From positions 67,022,001-67,086,000 of the forward strand of contig OZ024744.1 of the NCBI GenBank assembly GCA_964016885.1: a stretch of DNA of 64,000 bases. The letters run 5' to 3'. Both the position numbers and the translations under genes were made by a program. The number at the start of each line of letters is the position of its first letter. The first letter of the stretch is position 1. Below are positions 45,931 through 60,989 of this stretch, piece after piece. Under the pieces are notes generated by a model. The model made no database searches. It had not been told where the DNA came from and saw only the letters and a list, made by a program, of their open reading frames with translations. The DNA is from Eledone cirrhosa (taxonomy: Eukaryota).

Positions 45931-46374
45931 AGCCTGAACTCTGAAGCCGAGAATCAGTCGGTTTCCTAGTTAGAATTTCAGTCCGAACACTGAAACCGAG
46001 AATCATTCGGTTTCCTAGTTAGAATTTTAGTCTACGACTTCAGTTATACCATTTACGTGGTTTTGTCTTTGCGTGCAATTGTTTTCCCCGCTCCACATAT
46101 GACGTATTATCTTCGTTTTTCCGTTCATTGCCAGAGAACGTCTCCATGAACCACCTAAGAGAATATTAGTCTACTACTTCTTTTATACCATAAACGTGGT
46201 TTTGTCTTTGCGTGTAATTGTTTTTCACCGCTCCAGATAATAACGAGTTATCTTCGTTTTTTCCCGTTCTTTGCCAGGGAACGTTTCCAGGAACCAAAGT
46301 ATCGTCTTCCTGTCTTCAGTCTGTTGCAACGTATTTTGAAATATTCACTTCTGCGTTCACAGATTGACTTTTTT

Positions 46375-46425
46375 AGTTTCAGAAGATCCCGTTAAGGGTG
46401 AAAGCAGCGATTCTTTGCTTAAACT
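46375..46425 (+). ncRNA. Variant hammerhead, family A (best-preserved copy)
   Basis: AGUUU CAGAAGA uCCC guuaa GGGu GAAA GCAG cgauucu UUGC UU^ AAACU. Confidence 0.65.
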
Positions 46426-46512
46426 TTAATCTGTTATTTTAATAAATATATATATGTATATATATATACAATGATATTAAATAAATGGAAACTATATTTA
46501 TAAAACCATATT

Positions 46513-46573
46513 TATTCTATTATATATATTTCAAGGGTACCAAAACTTTGGTACGCTCTCATCAGATAAAATA
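46513..46573 (-). ncRNA. Minimal hammerhead, family B-related
   Basis: UAUUUUAU CUGAUGA GAGcGUACCAAA guUUUGGUACcCUU GAAA UAUAUA UA^ AUAGAAUA; second copy at 50868-50930 (-). Confidence 0.75.
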
Positions 46574-46863
46574 CAAAGTTTGTTTTATAAATGTTGACAT
46601 AACCAAGAAAAGATACCTCAACTGTTCAAGATTTTCTTGGATAGTGAAGGAAAAGAGAAGAAAAGTCAGATATTTCAAATTATTAAGATGAGTATGCAAA
46701 TAAGGTTGAGGTATAGGGCAGAAAAAACGTCTACAAATAACCAGAAATTTATAAATTAAAAACTATATATTTTAAAGAAATTTTTTAATTTATAATAAAT
46801 TGGAGTGAACGCAACTGGTGCGTGTGTTTCTTATTGGCAACATGACCCTCCCAAAGTATAACA

Positions 46864-46991
<128 letters not shown>

Positions 46992-47054
46992 CAATTGGAA
47001 AGACCAACGGAAACATAGTTTCCTCGGTCCGATTTGACGAAAGTCGATCGACTA

Positions 47055-47089
<35 letters not shown>

Positions 47090-47481
47090 TATATATATAT
47101 ACATATATATATATATTGTAAACACAGATGGTTATTTTTCTTCTCCTTTGGTGAACATCCAAGAATTTAACTGCTGTGATTTACGGATTAATAGGTGAAA
47201 TATATTTCTTACTTAAAGAAACATATACAAAGGAGATTAAACTTTTTAATTGGTATCTATATTTGAAGTTCTAGTCAAACTTTAATTAGTTACCTACCTA
47301 GCTGTGTGCCTACATTCTTTACAAATTATTCCCTGTGATTGTTTCATGTATTTATTTTTTATATATATATGTCAATCTATTTCTAGTTGATATGTAATGC
47401 TCGGATCTAATTCCTGAGCTTATTCTATGGTGGATATGGCGCATGTCTCGCAGACATGACAACCCCTAATTTTAATTTTGG

Positions 47482-47509
<28 letters not shown>

Positions 47510-47513
<4 letters not shown>

Positions 47514-48530
47514 CTCTCTCGTCTACGATTTCACAGAACTTATGTTCACCGATTTCAGGGACTTGACTCCTTCTTCCTCCCGTTTGACTTGTGCGAAATT
47601 CTTTCCTTGCTCACATTTCGACCAGGTTTGATGGTCTTTATTCTCTCTCGTTCACGATTTCACAGAACTTATGTTCATCGATTTCAGGGACTTGACTCCT
47701 TCTTCCTCACTTTTCGTTGCATTACCATCTTTGATTGTGTACCGTCTCGCTCGTTCCCCTTATTTACGTGTCCCAACGACTTTCTTTACCCGTTGCCCGC
47801 ACCAACCGGAGGTATATGGTCTTTAAAGCGATGAAATACTGATGAAGGTTGGCAGATCACTGATGAAGGACTAAATTTATTCATATGTAACCCATTTACA
47901 ACCACGCAGCACGCCATGTTTTCATATTCATATATATATATTTTCCTCCGCTGTGACCCGTCTGTTTCTTTCATACTGCTTCCTCTTTTCTCTGTATCTC
48001 TCACTTCCCTTTACCCTCTCTAACAGTCACTCTCTCTGTTAGCCTCTTCCTCACCTTTCACTCACTCACTCTCTGCTACTCACTCTCCTACTTCCTCCCG
48101 TTTGACCTGTGCGAAATTCTTTCCCCCCGCACACTTTGACCAGGTCGGTTGTTCCTTATTCTCTCTCGTCTACGATTTCACAGAACTTATGTTCACCGAT
48201 TTCAAGGACTTGACTCCTTCTTCCTCCCGTTTGACCTGTGCAAAATTCTTTACTTGCTCACATTGCGACCAGGTTTGATGGTCTTTATTCTCTCTCGTTC
48301 ACGATTTCACAGAACTTATGTTCATCGATTTCAGGGACTTGACTCCTTCTTCTTCACTTTTCGTTGCATTACCATCTTTGATTGTTTACAGTCTCGCTCG
48401 TTCCCCTTATTTACGTGTCCCAACGACTTTCTTTAGCCGTTGCTCGCACCAACCGGAGGTACATGGTCTTTAAAGCGATGAAATACCAGAGAAGGTTGGC
48501 AGATCACTGATGAAGGACTAAATTTATTCA
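47510..48530 (+). repeat. Direct duplication of a ~375-bp unit with ~128-bp subrepeats, pLTR-like
   Basis: 47510-47885 matches 48158-48530; each unit ends ctgatgaaggactaaatttattcatat. Confidence 0.8.
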
Positions 48531-48544
48531 TATATATATATATA

Positions 48545-49177
<633 letters not shown>

Positions 49178-49903
49178 CGTGTTTATTTATCTAGTTGATT
49201 TCTAAGGACTAGGGTGAAGAACGACCGGATATTTTATCTAATAATTCTTCAAACTTGCAATTTTATATATAGCTCTGATTAATAATTATTTGCTTAATTA
49301 CATTTTTCATTGAGCCACACCGTGAAAGGTAGCCACACTCATTAATGTATCTGTGACTATGTCTAAATATATGTCTACATATATCCCTATGAATTTAATA
49401 TATACTCCCGTTCAGTAGAATAAAACTTTAGGCGGTATCAGGCTGTTCTTTTTAGCAGCCAGCCTACCTGCCACCTGACCACCATTCACAACCTTCTACT
49501 CACAACCTGAGGGCTCTCTTGATAAGCTCTAAGCCTCATGGATAATACCAAGATAGGACATATCCACAAAGTACGAGCGAAACTATCGATAGTCGGGACT
49601 AGAGGAATTTTGGTAAAGTTTATATGCATTTTTTCTTCCAGCTTATATGTTAGACTTAGCTCCGTTTAATTGCTTATTTATCTAGTTAATTTCTACGGGC
49701 TAAGAGGAAAGACTAGATAAATTTTATCTGACTGTTCGCGAAAAGTAGTCTGTATCATTTGTCTATTATTTCTTCATAGTTACATTTTAAATTTATAGCC
49801 TCGTTTAAATGATTATTTATCTAGTTGATTTCTACGGACTAGGGTGAAGAAAGCCTGGATATATTTTATCTAATAATTCTTCAAACTTGCAATATATATA
49901 TAT

Positions 49904-50275
49904 AAAGAATGAATAATAACAGGTAGACATCATAAAAAGGTAATTTATTCCGTGTGCTTACAAATGTTTCCACGGTGGTTATACAGCCTAGTTATGCTAT
50001 GTGCAAATTTATAACTATTTGCAAAACTCAATTATCAAATGCATATAGCATAACTAGGCTGTATAACCACCGTGGAAACATTTGTAAGCACACGGAATAA
50101 ATTACCTTTTTATGATGTCTACCTGTTTTTATTAATTCTTTATCTACACTCCGGAATACAGAAGGATCAGGAACTGAGTTTCTTCAACTATTCTTCCATA
50201 ACTCGTTGAGTAACCCCTCACCGTACGTCAACTCTATCCAGTGTAGTAATTAACCATTACTGCATCCAGGATAAT
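49904..50275 (+). mobile_element. Fold-back pLTR tail (family H)
   Basis: Arms 49904-50001 and 50040-50141; HHR 3' half GAAA CAUUUG UA^ AGCAC at 50075-50091. Confidence 0.7.
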
Positions 50276-50381
50276 CATATATATATATATAAGTTTTGCG
50301 AGGTTTTTGATATGAAATCGTGTGTCGAAACAAATATTGTTATACTGGCAATATTACACAAATATGACCCGCCCCAAGTAT

Positions 50382-50490
<109 letters not shown>

Positions 50491-50695
50491 AATTAACGAA
50501 TGAAAACAGAATAACAGCATCTGGTAATTTTATTTGTATTCTTTGTTTAAAATTGTCATGAATCATTGTGGCCCTATCTCTATGGTTTTGAAACCTTTCC
50601 ATTTTCAAATGACTTCCTGCCATTCTATATGTGTGTATCTGAGTGTATGTATATGTTTTGGGGTGTGTACGTGCTCTACACACAAACGCATATAT

Positions 50696-50790
<95 letters not shown>

Positions 50791-50867
50791 AATATATATA
50801 TATACAATGATATATATATTATACAATGATATTAAATAAATGGAAACTATATTTATAAAACCATATT

Positions 50868-50930
50868 TATTCTATTATATATATTTCAAGGGTACCAAAA
50901 AACTTTGGTACACTTTCATCAGATAAAATA
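50868..50930 (-). ncRNA. Minimal hammerhead, family B-related
   Basis: Same fold as 46513-46573. Confidence 0.75.
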
Positions 50931-50989
50931 CAAAGTGTGTTTTATAAATGTTGACATAGCCAAGGAAACATAACTAAATATCCCTTCTA

Positions 50990-51080
<91 letters not shown>

Positions 51081-51180
51081 GATGAAATAGGAAATAGCAC
51101 GGAAAATATATTTAAGGGTTTGTTTTTCTTTTTTTCCTTTCTTTGATTCGTCAAATACACACACACACATATATACACAT

Positions 51181-51221
<41 letters not shown>

Positions 51222-52100
51222 TATATATATATATATATATGTGGGATAACAAATTATCGTTATAGGTAATCCAGTTAGAGGTTGTGGTATTGTGGATAGT
51301 TTTAGCGTACGGCGTTGTTTGACTCAACAAGAGGTTTCCTTAGGTAGCGAGTTTGTGAATTCTCGGGAATTCCTATGTAAGTTAATCTTGGAGTAATAAT
51401 AGTGAAAGAGTGAAGAATGACATGGTCAACAGTACAAAAAGGGTTTATTTACAGTATTAACAGTTGTTTCATTGATTAAGTTGTTTAAAAATTGATAATC
51501 ACTCAATTTTAAATACAATGTCACGAAATCAGCAGAAAAACTGATTAAAATTATAGACGGCTTTGTAATATACTAGGGAAATTCAAATCACAACATCAGT
51601 AATAAAGAAAGAAAAATAAAAAAATAAAAAAAGAAAAAGAAAAAAAGAAAGAAAGAAGAAAAAAAAAAAAGAAAAAGAATAAGAAAAAAAAAAGGAAAAA
51701 AAAAAATAAACAATAATAAATAAGTTATAATGAAGATGATAAAAATAAAAAAAAAATGTATATGTGTGTGAATAAAAGTGAACATAACATGATTGTTGAA
51801 ATTAGTTGTGCTGTTGGTGGTTAAAATATAAAGATGTGATGGTATAAACATGAAAATACTAAATATATACATGTATGTATTGGTTAAATTAATAAATTAA
51901 TAAATTGGATGTTATGTTAGAAGTGAAGAGAATTGGTTCGAATCAAGTTGGTTTGAAATGATTGAATTTAGTAGCTGCTTTATGCCTACAGAAAATTGAC
52001 CGTTCAAACAAAACAAACAGCACAGTACCTTTGAAATATATATAATAAAGTATATATATTTATTATGCGAATATTTTTCATTTGTTAACATTTTGAATAA

Positions 52101-52132
<32 letters not shown>

Positions 52133-52134
<2 letters not shown>

Positions 52135-52322
52135 ACGAAGGAAATGTGGTAAGGAACCAGGTGGACCATAACGCACCAAAGTACTCAATACTTGGGGTAG
52201 TAGAGTGGGTAATAGGAACCAGTAAGACCCCGACGGCTGAGCTCAAGCCGTTTCGACGGCTAATTCTGGACTAAATTAGCCGTCGAAACGGCTTGAGCTC
52301 AGCCGTCGGGGTCTTACTGGTT

Positions 52323-52327
<5 letters not shown>
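52133..52327 (-). mobile_element. Fold-back pLTR tail (family L) with HHR 3' half
   Basis: Palindrome 52212-52327; GAAA CGGCU ugagcuc AGCCG UC^ GGGGUC. Confidence 0.8.
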
Positions 52328-52361
<34 letters not shown>

Positions 52362-53249
52362 AAGGGATGTATGTGTGTGTATATGTATATATATATTGAA
52401 AGTTAGTTATGAACGGGAAAAACCACTTTCAATTAAAGAACTCAAGACAGTGGTTAACATCGTGAAAGATAATTTTATATTTGACATTATAATAAATGTG
52501 ATTTGAATACAGATTGCCACATGTTTCGATCAGTGCAAGCTTTTGAAATAAATTTAGCAATTGATAGAATCGTTATTTTAAGAATGTTTATGACTGCAGG
52601 TAAGATTTTTAAACCAATAAATAAATAAGATAGATAAATTGAATATAGAGTGCGACTAAGAATAATCACGAGAATTGGCTCTGTGGACACGATGAATTAG
52701 AAACATAAACAAGAGGTGTTTATGAATGTTGCCAGTAATGTGCACTATTGTGTCTATAAACAGACTCATTAACTGCTTAATGAACACAACCACAAGGATA
52801 TGGTCCGAACGTGGAAGAGCCGAACTCTCACTGCCATCGCCGCCATCTCTCCCGCCCTCCCCCATCTCTCCCTATGGCGAGAAAATGGGGTCCCACGCAC
52901 CGGCCTCCCCACAGCCCCGGTGGACAGAATGGAGAAGACGTTTTCCCGGAGGATGATAAGAGAGAATGAGAGGGGCAGTTTAAACATGTGGGTTTTCTAA
53001 AAACTTCAGACCTGTCAACAATCCCCGTCAGACAGGGAGATCTCCCACCCACTCTGGGGTGGGTGAGAAATGTTTTCTCTTGTAAAAATGGGTATAACTT
53101 TCATCATGTATCTCCCCATTTTGCCTCGTTTCTTCCCGTTTTGGGGCACTTTTTTTCATGGTACTCCCTATTTGGATCTTTAGATGTTGGCAGGTCTAAA
53201 CAAATGGAAAGTTCAGAAAACGGACACTACTGTAAATTAATGTTAAGAT

Positions 53250-53385
53250 AATTGTTTCTACTTTTGGCACAAAGCCAGCAATTATCCCAGTGCATTACTG
53301 GTACTTTATTTTATCGACCCCCGTTAGGATGAAAGGCAAAGTTAACCTAGACGGGATTTGAACTGAGACCGTAAAGGGCCTTTAT
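53250..53385 (-). mobile_element. 5'-truncated SINE at the edge of the inverted duplication
   Basis: Shares the diagnostic cctaacgggggtcg variant with 29327-29480. Confidence 0.85.
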
Positions 53386-53999
53386 ACCATAGATCCAAAG
53401 TCTGGTGGTTTGGTTAACGAAAGGATTAAAACTATAATTTAAAGAATATCTGTAACAAGAGTAACCATCTATAATATAAAGCTGACGGCCGTATGTATGC
53501 AATAAACTTTTCGCTAAACGGGTGGACTAAACAGCACAAAATTTGCACCATAGATGTAACTTTTTCCAAGTAAGAAAGTGAAGGTATTTTTGTCTTCTAA
53601 ATTTCGTTGAACGATTAAAGATATTTTATCGTTTATTTAAATATTCACTTTATTTTAATTTTCAAATGTCAACACTTCCGGTTATACGATATTCCCCTCT
53701 CTTTCTTAGTGTGTCTTTTTAGATAGATACATAGCTATAACGTCGCGCCCTTATAATATGTCTCTGTATGTCTGGCTCTCTGCATTAGATATATAGCTAT
53801 AACGTCGCACGCTTATAATATCTGTCTGTCTTCACGAACCAAAGTATCGTCTTCCTGTTTTCCTTCGGTTGCAACGTTTTTCGAAATATTTACTTGTGTT
53901 CACAGATTGATTTTTTCTTTAGTTTCAGAAGATCCCGTTAAGGGTGAAAGCAGCGATTCTTTGCTTAAACTTTAATCTGTTATTTAAAATATATATATA

Positions 54000-54079
<80 letters not shown>

Positions 54080-54080
<1 letters not shown>

Positions 54081-54550
54081 GTTATTCCGGGTTGAATCGG
54101 AGGTAACCACAGTAAGTAAGGTACTCAATACATTGCAGAGTATAAAAGTTTTAATATAGATGAGATTCTACAGGACTAGAACTGTTTCATTCTTTAGAAA
54201 TCATCAGGAATCTGGGTATCAAAAAATAAGTATGGTGTTTATAGGTCTCTACAAGTGGTAGGAGAGGGTGGGGAGTGGGATGGGTGTAGGTCATTGGTTG
54301 ATAGAAAAGGGAATTCATTAAAAGCTAATTCTACAAAGCTTTAGTTTATTTTTATTTTTAGAGTAACAAAGGCAGGAAGAATTCTATAAACAGGTTCAGG
54401 ATGGCATGCCACTCCTTATTATTAAGTTTCTCTTAAGCTAACAGGTGTCTATAAGATGAATGGGGGTCAGTCATGGTAGATAGATTTAAAGGAAAGGGAG
54501 ATTCTTTAAAAGCTAAATTCTTTAAGGTTCTACTAAGTGACAAAGGTAAA
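54080..54550 (-). mobile_element. PLE 3' end (family C); inverted pLTR partner at 56025-56185
   Basis: Minus strand PLN..SSYRH C-terminus; 54158-54320 is inverted to 56025-56185. Confidence 0.65.
54163..54213 (-). ncRNA. Hammerhead, family C
   Basis: AGAUUC CUGAUGA uUUC uaaa GAAu GAAA CAG uucuaguc CUG UA^ GAAUCU; mirror copy at 56129-56179 (+). Confidence 0.7.
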
Positions 54551-55985
54551 AAATAATACAGATACAATATAGACACAAACACATATATATAGTTTACATA
54601 ATTTACATAAATCTTTCGTTGCACATCTGCAACATCGTCAGTTGTGTTATATTTTTTCCTCCTGTTGTGTTGTATGTCTACGCCATTTTTTATTCAGTCT
54701 GTCTATATATTTATTTATTTATTTGCTTGTTTGTTTATTTTATTTTGTCTTCTTTGCGCATGCGTTTGCGTGTGTGTATAGTGTTATGTGTGCTGTGTGA
54801 CTAGTGTGTATAGTGTTGTGTCTGCTGGGTGACTAGTGTGTGTTTATGTGCTTGTTGTTATTGTGCTTGTGTATGTATTTATTTATCTTATTTTATTTTA
54901 TTTTATTTATTTACTTATTTATACTTCTCTTAGGTCAGTGTTGTTTGTTTGGGTGTTGTTGTTGTTCCACTCATTCTTTCTGTTTAGCTTTGGTCTTCTA
55001 ATTTCTATTTCACTGGCCTCTCTGATTTGCCTATCTGCTGGGTCATTCCTATGTTTAGATATTATTCTAATTTCTATGTTGTCTATGTTACCGTCATGTT
55101 GTTGTCTAGCATGTTCGTATAGTACTGACCCGTTTTTTCGTCCTTTTAGTTCCCCCCAGTGTTGGTCTATCCTTTCACCTATGCTACGAGCTGTCTCACC
55201 TATGTATGTTGTTGTCATGTTTCTGCAAGTACCCTCTGTACATCATATGCTATAGACTACGTTTCTAGTTTTGCAGTTTATCCGGGGTTCACCTTACATA
55301 TGATACATTTCCTATTGGTACAGTGGGTTTTCTTAAAAGGGTAGGTTTTGCTGATCAGGGATTTTATGGTGGTTCCTGGCTTTTCTACCACCTTTATTTT
55401 TAAGTGGGTCTTTCTCAGGGCGTTTCTACACTGGTTAGCTAATTTCCCTCCAGGGGTGGCGTCCACAAACATGACACTCTGATATCTCTGGTTGTCGTAC
55501 CATGATGTGGCCTTCCCTATCTTATGTCTAGCCCTATCTAAGCTATTCCATGATTTGCTCCTGTATAGTGGGCAAATTCCTTTCATGTCCAGTTCTATGA
55601 GGGTCTTATACTTTTCCATGGCTCCTTCGTATACTCTGACTCTGTCTCTTTGGTTATCAAACACAACAGGAGGAAAAAATATAACACCACTGACGATGTT
55701 GCAGATGTGCAACGAAAGATTTATGTAAATTATGTAAACTATATATATGTGTTTGTGTCTATATTGTATCTGTATTATTTTTGACCGTCGGTCAGTCAAT
55801 GGCAACATTGAGGACCAAGTAAGTTAGATCGTTAGATCGCAGATATAAAAGACAGCGAGAAGCGAAAACCAACCATACAGTGAGTGTGTTCTGTTATTAA
55901 TTCTGGCAATATTACGCAAATATGACCCTCCCCATGTATAACAATATCTGTTTCGACACACGATTTCATATAAAAAACCTCGCTA

Positions 55986-55990
<5 letters not shown>
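54550..55990 (-). mobile_element. PLE (family D, distinct lineage) 3' fragment with inverted pLTR
   Basis: SVMFVDATPGG, C..C..C, YIGETARSIGER..H, RQIREA, LNRKNEW; HHR D at 54577-54648 (-) and 55683-55754 (+). Confidence 0.85.
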
Positions 55991-56022
<32 letters not shown>

Positions 56023-56181
56023 ATAATGAATTCCCTTTTCTATCAACCAATGACCTACACCCATCCCACCCCACCCTCTCCTACCACTTGTAGAGACCTA
56101 TAAATACCATACTTATTTTTTGATACCCAGATTCCTGATGATTTCTAAAGAATGAAACAGTTCTAGTCCTGTAGAGTCTCA

Positions 56182-56231
<50 letters not shown>

Positions 56232-56235
<4 letters not shown>

Positions 56236-57294
56236 ATACAATAACAGAGATAGTTTAAAGCTAAACTCTGACTGGTAACCATCTCACTCAACAAACATTA
56301 GGTTATATTCAAATATAAGCCCAATTTAAGTGTTTGGGTGCTAACAATATGTATAATGTGGAAAAACCAGTTGTATTATTTTATGAGATATAATTAAAGT
56401 CAAAGTATATCTCTCTTTCCAAACAATTGTTTCATTATAAGTTTTCTACAAGTTTGGGAGAATGTTTCCAGTTTATGTAGAAGCCTAATATATATTCATG
56501 TAAGAATATATTTAGGTGGGCACTTATAAATCATCAGTGGAAGCCCATTAAACATTGAAATAAGAAAACAATTTCTTACCGCTGTCAAAAATCATGTCCG
56601 TAAAGTTGCTCTCTCTCACCTCGAATGACCGCCAAATTTGAAATTCCAGCAGTTTTTGACTGAGGAAGTATCATAGCGACACGAAGCGGGAAGGGGGGAC
56701 AACCCACGAAATGAGGAAAAAAATAATATACACGCGGGTTAATTAGTTTTTTTGAAAACATTATCAATCCAACGTGTTTAAGAACTCAATTGAAAATAAA
56801 AAAATAAATATATGCTTGTATAAATTACACACGCATATAGATATTTTCTTAGGCTAAATCAGAAGTTGTACCCGAATAAGAACCGCTTCTCATAACCGCA
56901 GTAAATGCAGAAAGTTATGCTATAAAGGGCAAATGGGAATATAATTCTCCGGCCGAATTATTAAGAGTAAAATATAAAACACACGCGGGTTAATTAGTTA
57001 TTTCAAAACCAATATTAATTCCTCGTGTAAAGAACTCAATTAATAAAAGAAAATAAATACATACATGCATGTAATTATATACGTAGGCATATATATATAT
57101 ATATATTTTCCTAGGCTAAAAAACAGAGAAGTTACAACCCCAAAAAGCCACAATATTTCACAACAGTAATAAATACGGAAAGTTAAATTCATAAGGTACC
57201 TGGAAATAAACACCTCTGGCCAATCAAGAGTAAATATTTAATACAATAACAGAGATAGTTTAAAGCTAAACTCTGACTGGTAACCATCTCACTC
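56232..57294. repeat. ~1-kb segment bounded by ~58-bp direct repeats, with an internal ~250-bp tandem duplication
   Basis: tttaatacaataacagagatag...catctcactc at 56232 and 57237; acacgcgggttaattagtt at about 56730 and 56981. Confidence 0.7.
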
Positions 57295-57312
57295 TGTAAA
57301 CGAATATATAAT

Positions 57313-57446
<134 letters not shown>

Positions 57447-58299
57447 TATATTCGTTTACAGATATTTTTGCATACACAAAAACAAAATATAAACAAACGT
57501 ATTTATTTCATGAAAGCTCAGACGGCTTATCGTCATTGTTACTGCCGATATGCCACCCAAAAATTCCCAGCCTGGCCGCAAGATCAGATTTTCCAGAAGA
57601 AAAAAATGTTACTAGAGCAACAGAGAGACTAAGCTTCTCGATTACCATCAACAAATCTCAGGGTCAAACCCTAAAAGTGGCTGGCCTTCATCTGGGAAAA
57701 CCATGCTTCTCCCATGGTCAATTGTATGTAGGATGCTCTAGAGTGAGCTCGCCAAACAATCTCTTCATCTTTGCTCCGGAGGGCCAAACAAAAAAATATT
57801 GTATACTCTGAGGCTCTAACAATGTAATTTATGTATTTTCTGTTACTTGGAATTTCCATTATGGTTGTACAAATTATTGTTTGTTAAAAAATGTGTTCTC
57901 TGTTCAGCCTTTATTGTTGTAACTACCAAGTATCTTTAACGTACTGGCTGCTGAACTGGGGAATCCTAAAAACTATTCAAACCCAACATCAGAGCACGTT
58001 ATCCCCCCCCCCGCCCTCCGTCGCTGACTTGAGAGGGCGTGCGGTACCTTTGCACTGGAGTGGAGGAGGAATCCTGAAAAGATAAAATACCGGTATACCT
58101 ATCCGAGCGCCAGCCGGGCGGGCCAGCTAGTATTTATATATTCTTTAGAAAAAGGACTAAAAAAAAAAAATAAATAAAATAAAAATCATGATATAGTTTC
58201 TAGACCATATTATTAAAATTTCCGATGGATTCTATATATATTTTTTTAATGTACCTTATTATCTATGATGAAATGACCTTTTCTCAGCGGAGCTGTTCT

Positions 58300-59760
58300 G
58301 CTAGAGAATGGATCGCAGGTGGCGGATAGGATAGCGACACGGCCACCAGATATGATGGTTAGTTGCGACATTATCGAGCTCCTACCGGAATAATAAGCAA
58401 CCACAGACCAACAGCAGGAAACTACTGGAGGAGATGGAGTAAATGTGTGACAGCTTTAGGTCATAAGAAAACACCCACAACCTAGTGATGTAGTTACGAC
58501 AAGGCGATTAAAGGCTGCCTCTAAAAGAGCCTAGTTTCCTGGACCTGTGAAAAGTATCAAATTGGTGATCGGTGAAAATGAGACAACCAAAATACTGCAA
58601 TATCACCAGAAACAGTAATAACATCGATACTGCATCGTTCTTTGCGTGATATAATAAGGGATGTGTTCAGGTCTTAGTTAGAGGGACTTGCTCGAAAAAT
58701 ATATCACACTCTCCACCAAACGCTGCAAGAACTGGTAATAGGCCTGCGACCTGTCTCGGGAGGTATGAAACGGAAGCACAGCGGATCCGTATCCCGAGGC
58801 CCCAGAAAGGGTCTGGAAGGGAGCCAACCGTGACAATTTATAACTGGAACATTACAACCCTTACAAGCAAGGCACAGTAACTAATGGAGGAGGACAAATG
58901 TTACCGGCTAGATATAGTCGGGGTTTCCTCAATAAAGTTTCATGGCTCTAATACTGTAGATTTGGGTGGAGGATGGAAACTTCAGTATTCAGGTGTGACG
59001 CCAGAAAATACTGCACAGGCGGGAGAAGATACACACAAGCACCCGGCTGTCAGAATGTGTTATGAACCGGATCCTATTGGGAGGGAGAATTTGTGTCTTG
59101 AACCTTAGGCTGAAAGAAAGATAGCTGTGGATGGTGCAAGTTTATGCGCCAAAGAGAGAGCACTTCCTTGGTGAAATCCCTGCAGCCTTAGATATAGTTA
59201 TGACTGACGCATGTATATTAATGAGAGACATTAATGCACATTTTGGCTCTGGCTACCTAACATGGAAAGAAGTAAATACGAATAGAAAGGCTTTGTTAGA
59301 CGTCAGTTCTAGCAATGGGCTCTGTATTATGAACACCTACTTGTAACACAAAGACATCCATAAATATACATGTATAAGAAGAATCAAGGACAGAAATAAT
59401 CAATAATTGATTTTGTTATTGTCTCTTATCTCCTCAATTCTGTGCTGGATTTTCGTGTTAAGAGAAGGGTTGATCTGTCAACTGATCAACATCTACCCAA
59501 AGCCAAGAGAATCTGAGTTAAAACATGGGAGGTCTTTGGGGTTAAGCTGGAATCCGACAAGATCAGCGAAAAACAAAACGTATTCTGGCAGATCATCCAC
59601 CGACTTCGTAATAAGAAGTCTTACTCCAAGCCTACTATCAGGAACGCGTCTGAGATTCTCTCTTCAGAGAGGTGCATCTTCGAGAGGGGTGAGAATACTT
59701 TGCTGATCTCCTAAACCTGGTTCCAACAGCATCTTCTGATGTACACGAGATGCATTTGGG
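58300..59760 (+). pseudogene. Decayed 5' part of an RTE LINE (APE endonuclease)
   Basis: WNITTL, YRLDIVGVSS, GWKLQYSGV..AQAG, VQVYAP, DINAH, GLCIMNT. Confidence 0.75.
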
Positions 59761-60789
59761 AACTTAAAAAGAAAACGAATTCTCAGGTTGATTTGTACGA
59801 AACTAAATGTATTTGTCATTTTGCAGATCTTATATAGGGGTTGGATGAAGTGGGGCACTTCATAATCAAAAGATTATTGAATACTATGGGTTAAAAAGGA
59901 CTTAATTTGACCCTCATTAAATTAGAAGTATTAAATCTATCACACCAATATTATAGGCCACAGTGGGATTTGAACTCAGAAAACAAAGAGCAAAATAAAA
60001 TACCACAAGTCATTTTGTTTAAAACTATATAACTACATTGTTCAATATATCCTTCCTTTCTTTCTTTTTTTCTAAGATGGAAATTTTACAATCTGAATTA
60101 GAATAGTGAATACTGCAAACATTTAGTCCACAGTCGCTAACATTCTACAAATTTTGGATTATTAATTAGATAATTGAATTCTGCCAAATATAAATGTTTG
60201 ACAAACTTTTATATTCCTAAAAGAGATATAAAATTATATATTTTCAGCAATTTTCAGCTCTAAATTTGGAGCATTAATAATTTTAATAAGATAATTAATA
60301 CTTTACAAAATAGATTTTCATCTTTTTTACTTTTTATTATTTTATTTTTATTTTTATTTTTATTTATTTTTGTTGTTGTTGTTGTTGTTGTTGTTGTTGA
60401 TGATGATGACGGAGAGGAAGAATTAAGACTTCCACATGTAATTTTGGAAAAATTTATCTTGTTCTCTCTCTTAATTTAATATTAATTTAATTCAAAACCA
60501 ACGCAATCATTCATGTAAATAAACCAAAAAGTTAAAAGATCAAATTATTCTAAATCGCTTAGAAACACATGCAAGGTCCATTACCTAGATTCTTTCACAA
60601 TTATTTTGGTAAACAAAAAATAAGTAAGTATTCAACTAAAATGCATAGCACTATAGAGAAGAAAAAAAGGAAGAAAAGAACAGCAACTCTGTATCCATGG
60701 CGTTAACTTTATTTCTATATTGAAATGTCGTTAGATTAAAATATAAGATTATTAGATCAATCCCTTAATCTACATTGCTTTAAATAATA

Positions 60790-60978
60790 ATTGTTTCTAC
60801 TTTTGGCACAAGGCCAGCAATTACCCAGTACATTACTGGTACTTTATTTTATCGACCTCGTAAGGATGAAAGGCAAAGTTAACCACGGCGGGATTTGAAC
60901 TCAGACCGTAAAGGGACGTAACTCTATAACACGAAGTATGCTGTACGGCACTCTACCGATTCTGCCAATCCACCGCCC
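60790..60978 (-). mobile_element. Full-length SINE
   Basis: Reverse complement of the consensus from gggcggtggattggc to agaaacaatt. Confidence 0.9.
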
Positions 60979-60989
60979 ATACCACTATT

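Noticed and set aside
56232-56290. Hammerhead in the 58-bp direct repeat
   Set aside because: A hairpin is present on the minus strand but no CUGANGA/GAAA core.
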